From the NCBI RefSeq assembly GCF_052425735.1, contig NC_135765.1, positions 19,902,001 to 19,966,000 of the forward strand: 64,000 nucleotides of DNA. Direction: 5' to 3'. The DNA is from Oculina patagonica. Lineage: Eukaryota. Below are positions 11,201 to 19,546 of the stretch, piece by piece (positions within the stretch are counted from its first letter, which is position 1; every line of letters begins with the position of its first letter). The notes below the pieces were generated by a model that was not told the origin of the DNA, did not search any database, and saw only the letters and a program-made list of their open reading frames with translations. The translations under genes and the position numbers were made by a program.

Positions 11201-14200
11201 CAGATGGCGCGACCTAGAGTGATTCTTGCGCCTTTACAAGTTGGTTTAGCAGTGCAGCTTCATCACAACTTCGCATCGAGATTTCTAATAGACACCCTTC
11301 ATCGCCATGGCTTCTTTTCTTCGTACCAAGAGGTACAGCTGTTTAATAAAAATGCTGCATTGAACCAGGGAACTGATATGCCAGATTATGACGGAGAGTT
11401 TGCTCAGTACATAGCTGACAATGTGGACCATAATCTACGTATCCTTGACGGTAACGACACCTTTCATGGCATGGGCATGATTTGTATCATCACTCCTGGC
11501 ACTAACCGAAAAAGAAGCGTCCCGAGACGAAAGTTAAGTCCTCAAGACATCTCAGCAGCTGGAAACGTTGGCCTACGCCCGCCATCTGAGCCAAGGCAAT
11601 CACAAGTGGAAATAAAGTACAATGACGTAGTTGTTGCAAGAGAAGTAGATCCACAGCGAATTTGGACATACTTTGGAAGACGTTTCTGCTGTTTAGCACC
11701 ACACGCCCAGCATGGGCTGGAATGATGCAAGCTGTCCATCGGGGTAACCATCAGGGGAAGTCATCAATAACACTTCTATCGATGATCGACCTGAACCCAA
11801 GTGAAGTCACATGTATTTCCTCCACTCTGAAAACATTCGCGGCGCCACAACATCGCTAACCCCATTAAGATTTCGATGATAGCGACGATGACGGTGATTG
11901 ACACAAGAGCTGGAAGAAACTGTGAAATTCATTTTCATTTAACAAACGATGTTCTTTTAGAATATTTCACCATTGTGAAAGATATATTTATTTGTTGGCT
12001 CGCTTGCAAATTTTTGTGCGATCCATAAAAGGATAATAAACTATCGCAACTACCATTTTTGGTGTAGACCGATTCGCTCCACGATTGAAAATTTAAATAT
12101 TATGAGATTTATTTTGCTTATTGAATACTTTTTGATTAATTTTTCCTCCGGATAAAAGTTTTCAAGCATATTTAAAGTATATTTCATGGTTTTTGGATAA
12201 AATAAATGAAATTCTGGCCATAAACAAGCATAATAACAGAACTTCTGTTTTTGAGCCTCGTTTTCATGTTACGCAAAAGCACGACTTAGAATCCGTTAAA
12301 TTTTCGAGATGTTCCCATGCATAGATCCTTTGGGACTTTTAGTATGTTGATCTTGAGACTAATTCGAAATGATTTGCGGTTGTTGCAATTAGTTGCAGGT
12401 CCAACCACAAAATGATTGGACTATAACAAACGAAACAAAACCAGACAAGAAACTCACTAAATGCAGTGAATTTAGTGGAGTTTCTCTGTCTGTAGGCCCG
12501 CTTCTTCATCGGGCGGGCCGGCACTTGGCTGATAATGACTCTCCGCGGACAAACACTATCGCACCACGTGGTCAATTTGAACCAATAAGAATCGCAGATA
12601 ATTTAGTGGTGAACTACAATTGCTGATAGTGTACGCTAGCTCAGCCAATCAGTGTGTATTTGCATTAGTATACTAGTAGAAATCTAATTAACACAAGCTC
12701 AAATACCCCTAAGACAGCTTGCTTGAATGTTACATGTAATAGCATTCATGTGTGTCGACCTTCCGGAACTCGACCAATGAATACATCGAGGATATTACAC
12801 GTTGGCTCGAAGATATGAATTTTATGTTCTCGTGGCAAAAACGATATCTCACGAGGGAGCGTAGAGACATCGCTTTTGCCACGAGAACATTAAATTCATA
12901 TCTTCGAGCCAACGTGTAATGTTCTTTTTATTATATGGAGACCAGATGAAGTTGATGTTGCCGAATTTATTTCATTGTTTTCGAATGATCGAGCCAGTTT
13001 TACAAATCAGCGTTCGTCTTCATAGAAAATACAAAGCACCCGTGCCCGGGATATAGAAACACTAACTGAATTCCAATCGATCAAACAAAATACTTGTCAA
13101 CTAAATTACACATAAGAACTGAAAACATCACTGATTTTGACTTGAATGCGGCAAAGTGTTGACGGCCGATAGTTATCAACCGCTTTTGTTTTCTTCTTTA
13201 CAACATCTTCACTTGTGAAATTCCTTGCGAAGAATTCCCTCTAAAAGCCTTGAAATCGTCAAGGTTCCCATTATGGTGTTCTCGTTCTTAACTTTTTTGG
13301 AAAACTTATTCTTTTTCATTACTTAGTAAAACAAATTAAACCTTGTGTCGGTGCTTGCTAACAACAAACGACACGAGAATCGTGGCGTCAATGAGTTAAG
13401 CCCAGGCCAAACGAGGATGTTGATGAGGGTTCAAACTTTCACCCGTGGCATGAAACTCTCATCGACTTTGAACGTGCTCAAATTTTTCATGAGAGTCGAT
13501 GAGAGTTTGACAGACTCTCGTTCTCGTTTGGCCCGAGTTGGTGATAGTAGATGAGACTTGACGTTAACTCTCATGAGAGTTGATTCTCATCAACTCTCAT
13601 CCTCGTTTGGCCCGGGCTTTAGGCAATGAGCGATATGCCACTCGCAAGAGTGTCCTTCGTACGGAACATACACCACTCGGGTCCCGGGTGGAGTGGCGTA
13701 TGGAATCTACGAGTGGTTTAGTTCCCAGTAAGACATTCTCCTCCATATAATAATGAGAGTTTTGTTCATGTTCGTTTCAGAGTCGACAGGATTTATTGGA
13801 ATCCCTTGCCAGCTTTATGGGTGACAGTCTTATTATCCCTCCAGGAGAATGGGACCGAAATCTGCTCAATCAAACAGTGCCAATCTTAGCCAATCAGGCC
13901 AAAGAGCTAGCTTTTAGGAGACGACGAGGTGGAATTAGAAGTAAAGATGTAGAAAAAGAAACATTCCGTGAGGCGATTCAAGAAAACGATATGTTTGATG
14001 ATCCCCTTTCAAGGACGGGCAAGTTTTGCGGTGGGCTTGTACGTGATGTCAGGAGGCGGTTCCCCTTCTACCTCAGCGATTTTAAAGATGCCTTAGATGT
14101 TCATTGTTTGCCAACAATAATCTTTGTGTACTTTGCTTGCCTTGCTCCAGCCATCACTTTCGGAGGTTTGCTGAGTGAAAAAACCAACGCCTGGATGGGA

Positions 14201-15646
14201 GTTTCAGAAATGATATTGGCAACAGCATTATCTGGAGTTCTGTTTTCGCTGTTTGCAGGGCAGCCACTCATCATAATTGGGGCTACGGGTCCACTTCTTG
14301 TGTTTGAAAAGAGTACATTTCAACTAAGCGAGAGTTTTGAAATTGAGTTCCTTCCTTGGCGAGCGTGGGTCGGAATATGGGTGATGGTTATATGCTTTAT
14401 TATTGTTGCACTTGAGGGATGCTTTCTGATCAATTACTTTACACGTTTTACAGAAGAAATATTTGCCTTAATGATATCCATTATTTTTCTATACGACGCG
14501 TTTTACTACGTGGGACACGTTTTTCAAGCGTACCCCTTAAACGCCGGTGTCACAACTAGTTTGTTGGTTCCTTCGAACTCGACTGATAACGAGGCGGTAA
14601 ATTACATCAAAAATCACACAACAGCTAACACAGCCCTGTTTTCCACAGTCTTGATGCTAGGAACGTTTTCTGTTGCCTATTTTTTGAGAAAGTTGCGTCA
14701 CAGTCATTTTTTTGGGCCGAGGACTCGACGTACTGTCAGTGATTTTGGAGTTTTTATTGCCATTGTTGCTATGGTGACGGTTGATTGGCTGACAGCGGGT
14801 GTGTACACGCAGAAGTTGTCGGTTCCTGATGGGCTTTCCGTTACTTCACCCAACAGACACAGCTGGCTTATTAACCCAATGGGAGTTGCACAAACCATGT
14901 CTGCCGGTGCTATCTTTGCAGCTCTTGTTCCAGCAATTCTTGTAAGCATCTTGATCTTCATGGAGATCGAGTTTACTGGCATTATTCTGGACAAAAAAGA
15001 CCATAAATTGAAGAAAGGCATGGGCTACAACTTGGATCTCTTTGTTCTAGGACTGTTGGTTGGACTGTGCTCTATTCTGGGTCTGCCCTGGATGTGCGCC
15101 ACTCCTGTTCACACGCTGTCTCATTTCCACGCCTTAACAGTGATTAGTACAAACCACGCTCCCGGGGATCATCCTCATCTGATAGAAGTAAAAGAACAAC
15201 GTCTCACAAACATTGTGATCCACCTTCTGATTGGCTTCACGGTTCTTCTTTCACCAGTAATGCGTCTTATACCCATCGCGGTTCTCTTTGGAGTATTTAT
15301 CTTCCTTGGAGTGTCCTCTTTATCACATATTCAGCTGGTTGAACGAGTAAAGCTTCTTTTCATTCCATCTGCTCACCATCCAGATGAAAAATTTGTCACG
15401 AACGTTAAAACGAGCAAGATGCACATGTTTACTATTGTTCAAGTGTGTTGTGTATGTGCGCTGGTTGCCATGAAGCTCACTGCTGTCGCACCAGCTTTCC
15501 CATTCTTTATAATCTGCATGATTCCACTTCGAAAGCTTTTAGAGCGGTTTTTCTCAACCGAAGAACTGGAGGCCTTAGACACTGAAGTAGAAGATGTATA
15601 TGACAGTGATCTGGATGAATATGATTCAATTCATATCCCTATCTAA
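4746..15646 (+). CDS. SLC4: SLC4 (Band 3/anion exchanger family) bicarbonate transporter, 3 exons: 4746-~5296, 7002-7426, 13781-15646; probable scleractinian SLC4-gamma type
   Basis: Cytoplasmic-domain motifs FVELEEL, WKERARWIKLEEDVEE..RWGKPH (exon 1) and GKIP..A.ATTVLVG, PVRFMFVLLGP, YHEVGRSISTLMSD (exon 2). Membrane-domain motifs FACLAPAITFGGLL, GQPLIIIGATGP, RFTEEIF, EQRLT, VLFGVFIFLG (exon 3). The exon2/3 junction AAG|gtaaat...tttcag|AGT is in frame (AYQAK|SRQDLL). The gamma assignment is inference. Confidence 0.93.
6126..6276. mobile_element. Palindromic MITE in SLC4 intron 1
   Basis: ~50-bp arms (TTAATAGG..TCTTTCGATATATTAAA..TCAGC..GGTAGCGAGGCCTA) in inverted orientation. Confidence 0.75.
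7002..7426 (+). CDS. SLC4: SLC4 exon 2 (cytoplasmic domain, second half)
   Basis: Acceptor tttcag at 7000-7001 and donor AAG|gtaaat at 7427. ORF 7046-7483 carries Band-3 motifs. Confidence 0.85.
8369..8552. repeat. Long imperfect palindrome centred on CGAGGCGTAGCCGAG (Crypton-like element end)
   Basis: ~85-bp arms read directly. Related palindromes at 9322-9435, 12794-12920, 26019-26165, 27421-27517, 47569-47698 and 60592-60697. Confidence 0.75.
9016..9589. repeat. ~115-bp near-identical inverted repeat pair (9016-9130 / 9476-9589)
   Basis: The opposite-strand ORFs 8870-9193 and 9514-9708 share VKIDHVILLYLSSANSDSAVLTIM. Confidence 0.85.
10560..11850 (+). mobile_element. Decayed large DNA-transposon ORF (Academ-like transposase relic) in SLC4 intron 2
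   Basis: Frameshifted fragments DLPAAGAVYHQPC, PLQVGLAVQLHH.FASRFLIDTLH..GF.SSY.EV, ADNVDHN.RILDG.DTFHGMGMI, PAWAGMMQ, MIDLNPS. Superfamily assigned from motif recall. Confidence 0.65.
13399..13618. mobile_element. PIF/Harbinger-type MITE
   Basis: TIR AGCCC(A/G)GGCCAAACGAGGATG; TTA TSD at 13396-98 and 13619-21. Confidence 0.8.
13781..15646 (+). CDS. SLC4: SLC4 exon 3 (entire transmembrane HCO3- cotransporter domain and C-tail)
   Basis: Acceptor ttcgtttcag at 13780, then an uninterrupted 621-codon frame with many hydrophobic segments, ending DEYDSIHIPI*. Confidence 0.95.
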   Translation, partial: SRQDLLESLASFMGDSLIIPPGEWDRNLLNQTVPILANQAKELAFRRRRGGIRSKDVEKETFREAIQENDMFDDPLSRTGKFCGGLVRDVRRRFPFYLSDFKDALDVHCLPTIIFVYFACLAPAITFGGLLSEKTNAWMGVSEMILATALSGVLFSLFAGQPLIIIGATGPLLVFEKSTFQLSESFEIEFLPWRAWVGIWVMVICFIIVALEGCFLINYFTRFTEEIFALMISIIFLYDAFYYVGHVFQAYPLNAGVTTSLLVPSNSTDNEAVNYIKNHTTANTALFSTVLMLGTFSVAYFLRKLRHSHFFGPRTRRTVSDFGVFIAIVAMVTVDWLTAGVYTQKLSVPDGLSVTSPNRHSWLINPMGVAQTMSAGAIFAALVPAILVSILIFMEIEFTGIILDKKDHKLKKGMGYNLDLFVLGLLVGLCSILGLPWMCATPVHTLSHFHALTVISTNHAPGDHPHLIEVKEQRLTNIVIHLLIGFTVLLSPVMRLIPIAVLFGVFIFLGVSSLSHIQLVERVKLLFIPSAHHPDEKFVTNVKTSKMHMFTIVQVCCVCALVAMKLTAVAPAFPFFIICMIPLRKLLERFFSTEELEALDTEVEDVYDSDLDEYDSIHIPI

Positions 15647-16184
15647 ACTACAGGAATATTTAGGCATCTTTCGACCAATAACTTTAACTTACAGAATAGG
15701 AGTCATAATAGATAAAACCGAACGATTATATATTTTATATAGACAGGAAGACAAAACATTGTTGGTGAAGACGAAATGCCCTTCTTAAGCTTACCTTGTT
15801 ATTGTCCAGTTGTGTTGCCTTTTGTAGACACGTTTCCTAGGGTCCTCCCTTTATACGTGTACAAAAATCTTAATACGTGTACATTAAATGGAGAAAGTTC
15901 AGCCATATCTTTTACGTGTACGTACGAATCGTAGTTACACTATTGCAGCAACACCATTTTCATTAACTTTAACATTTATTTTTTCGTTGTGCTGACTTGA
16001 AAAACGAAACGATAAAAAGGCACCGCCGTGTACAAACAAACCACCCCGTCCGCGTAACATAATTCCCATTGAACTTAAATGTTCTAGTTAGTTCAGTATA
16101 TTGAGGAGGCCCTGTTAGGGGTTTTTGGGGTAAGGGACAACGGGAAAAATAGTTTAAGGATAAGGGATAACAGGATTAGTTTAA

Positions 16185-16980
16185 GGGCCCACTGACGGAT
16201 TTCTCGCGCGTTGCTAAGGTGCTAAAAGAGCGCGCGCTGTATTGCGTGTACGGGTTACTCACGCTATCTGTACGCGCCAGATTTGCAAAAAAATTTCCTT
16301 TCGAGCACTTCTTCAAACTCGCCAAATAAGATGAAACAATAAGAACTACCGAAAAACTTCCTGACTAATAGTTGACTTCACATCTGAGAATCAGTCAGAT
16401 TAAATTGAACCAGAAAAAGCAGTTTTTTTACACATGCAAATAATCTCAAAAGCGTACGCGTACAACTAGCGCGCGTCAGCGCGCGCACTGTTCTCTTGTC
16501 AGATGAATTACGCATGCGTTAACAAAATGATTTCCGGTTTGCAGAAAATATCTAAATACTTGGCGGTCTTTAATTTGATTCACTTTTTTTCGACGTTATA
16601 TTTTTCCGACCTGGGTCGGGAACATAACTAAGTATTCATTTGCTTAAATCATTTTTAATAAAAATTTTATGGACAAATCAATATTTTAAATCTCTCTAAA
16701 AAAATTATTTTCCATAATGAAATGAAACCCATACTTACCAAGATACAAAAACAAATAAAGATCATGACACCATGAATAATTTTCTGATAACATGCAAAAC
16801 ATCAAAAAGTTTAGACTTTTTCTTTATTGGTCACGTGATCATGGGCGTGGCCCGATGACGTCATATTTACGTTATGGACTGAGTAAAAGATTCAACAATA
16901 ACTAAACAAGAAAAATTGCTAAAACTATATAACCGTGAATGTCCCTAGCAACGAGTCCAAATATATACGTCAGTGGGCCC
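16185..16980. mobile_element. Non-autonomous TTAA-TSD element (Kolobok-like)
   Basis: TTAA|GGGCCCACTGACG...CGTCAGTGGGCCC|TTAA. Confidence 0.8.
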
Positions 16981-17452
16981 TTAAGGAATAATAGAAAACA
17001 AGCCCTGTGACGTCCAGGCTCTGTTTTTATCACACTCAACTTGTCTTTTTTACACTTTTGCTTAATTTTTTTTACACCCTTGATCAGTTATCGGTCGTAA
17101 CGAGTTATTTCAAGCAACACTTTGAACTCAAGAGCACCGCTTTTGTCCTAGATGGCCTGGGGTGAGAGACCAAATTGATTTACTTGATTTCGAGCTGCCT
17201 CGTACAGAAGTGGTCCCCTTCTTTCTTTGTTTACCATCGTTCGACCACCCCCCCCCCCAAAAAAAGCTCGTTTGGTCTCGCCATGGGTATTTTGGCTCGA
17301 CTACGTCTCGCCAAAATACGAGCCATGGCTCGACCAAACTCGCCTGATATGCCGCCGAAGCGTTCCAAAAAGGTACGATTAGGTATAAATATCATCCTTT
17401 TTTCCTCTGAAATCCAAACATTCATATATTTCCAAAACGCGTGAGGCTGGTA

Positions 17453-17730
17453 TCAGCTGGACTGAGGCAAAGAAACTCTGGACATTTTCCCAAAAGTGTT
17501 TTGTTGTCGAACATTCCCAAAAAAGATGGATAAGTGTTTCCTACTCTGTTTTGCACAGATAACAGTTTCTGAAATAACAATTTTAGGTAAAAAGGAGTTC
17601 GTTGCTTTACGTCTGCGGAGGAATTTGAACTGAAAGTTTCTTAATTTAGTACTAAGTGTGCACAATCTTGGTAGTAAATAAATCGCAGTCCAGCTCAAAT
17701 CCTCCACAACATCAAGTTTGCAATCCCTTA
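17453..17730 (-). mobile_element. L1/Tx1-like LINE fragment (zinc-finger zf-RVT region)
   Basis: STKLRNFQFKFL...ATNSFL.KI, then frameshifted HLFWEC-like sequence; similar to the C-terminus of ORF 44047-45756. Confidence 0.65.
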
Positions 17731-18238
17731 CCCATTTTTCTCGACTTTTTTGAGGGCGAGTAGATTTTTTGTTTATTATAATTATGAGCGGAGCTCCCAC
17801 GGCGCCGCGAGCGGAGCATCCATAGGCAGGCAAATGGTATCCTATCGAACCGAGAAATTTTGGTTGTCACACGAACTAGGCCTGGGGTCGAGGTTGCCCG
17901 CCCGTGGCTAAAGAAAAGTAAGGAAATTACAAACAGCAAATAAAGCTCGCAAGGCAAGACAAAATGTACACAAGGGGTAAAATTACACAGCAAAATATCT
18001 GAGAGGTTTATTATCCTGAGAGGTTAAATATCTGAGAGGTTTATTATCCAACTGCTCTATTTTGTTAGTCTGTATTCATGTGTGAGTGTATCGAAGCCTT
18101 TACACCAAAAAATTGGCTGTCGTTCGATCGCTACACGGTTATATTATTCAATTTATCGGTCTCAGGTCGCATTTTTCGTAACCGTAAAACGCGCAATTGA
18201 CGTTATGTTCTATCGACTGGATGATGTGGACGTTTCAG

Positions 18239-18670
18239 TAAGGATGGGCCGATACTCGATACCAAATATTCGATACACCGATATTTTGACAATTTTGAAA
18301 AGTATCGATACTTTCGAAAAATATCGCACTTTCGATACGTTTTCGATACTGCACACGTGACCTGAGCCTGCGGTCTTCTGGTCAGCACGTGAGGTTTGAA
18401 AATGCGATTTTGCTCAAAGAAATATTGATGTTCTTGTCAATATTTGAATTTTTCTTGCCTTGACTTGATGTCCACACATTGCTGATGCAACAGTGAACCG
18501 AAAAGACCAAAATCAACATTCTTGGCTAACATTTATAACGCCAGGTCTGTCCTTTGTATGGTCACGTGACAAACCAATGACGTCAGGACGGAAATTACGT
18601 CATAATATCGATATCGAGAAAAAAGGCAAATATCGTATCGTTTTGAAAAACCTGTATCGACCCATCCTTA
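18239..18670. mobile_element. hAT-type MITE
   Basis: TIR TAAGGATGGG.CGATAC; 8-bp TSD CGTTTCAG at 18231-38 and 18671-78; internal ATCGATA repeats. Confidence 0.88.
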
Positions 18671-18861
18671 CGTTTCAGTTTGATCTAAACGATTTTATGT
18701 TATGAAAACGCGGGAAAATTTGTTGCGCGGTGTTCACTGTGTAGGCTGAATGAAACCGCAAGCATTTCTTACTGAAATATTTCTCGCACGATGTCCTCAA
18801 ATGTCATATTTATCCCGTGAAATTGTGGAAAACGAAAAAGGTTTACGAGGAGACCCAAAAT

Positions 18862-19530
18862 AATTCAGCTCATAATTTGACCTGGGCTCACCAAATGTGG
18901 GCCTGTAACAAAATCGCGCCAAAGCATTCATAAATGCCTGCAAGCGTTTCTCCCTCAGGAGGTGAACAATTTGCACCCGTTTTCAAGTCGTTTGCCCACA
19001 AAAAAAATTCAGCTCATAATTTAACCTGGGCTCACCAAATGTGGGCCTGTAACAAAATCGCGCCAAAGCATTCATTAATGCCTGCAAACGTTTCTCCCCC
19101 AGGAGGAAAATAGTTTTCACCCGTTTTCAAGTCGTTTCGTCAGGAAAAAAAAATTCAGCTCATAACTTGACCTGGGCTCACCAATTGTCGGCCTGTAACA
19201 AAATCGCGCTAAAGCGTTTATAAATAGCTGCAAACGTTTCTCCCCCAGGAGGAATACAGTTTGCAGCCGTCTTAAAGTCGTTTGCTCACGAAAAAAAATT
19301 CAGCTCATAACTTGACCTGGGCTCACCTTATGTCGGCCTGTAGCAAAATCGCGTCAAAGCGTTCATAAATGCCTGCAAACGTTTCTCCCTCAGGAGGTGA
19401 ACAATTTGCACCCGTTTTAAAGTCGTTTGCTCACGAAAAAAAAATTAATCTGATAACTTGACCTGCGATCATTGCCTGTAGCAAAATCGCGCCAGAACGT
19501 TCAGAAAGGCCTGTAAGCGTTTCTCCTCCA
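18862..19530. repeat. Tandem array, 144-146-bp unit, ~4.6 copies
   Basis: Units start at about 18862, 19006, 19152, 19297 and 19443 (AATTCAGCTCATAA.TTGACCTGGGCTCACC...). Confidence 0.9.
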
Positions 19531-19546
19531 GGAAGAAACCAGCGAC

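Noticed and set aside
14704-15021. 105-aa antisense ORF within SLC4 exon 3
   Set aside because: Shadow of a hydrophobic coding strand; no motif.
18862-19530. Possible CRISPR array
   Set aside because: Whole 145-bp units repeat with no unique spacers, there are no cas genes, and the context is eukaryotic.
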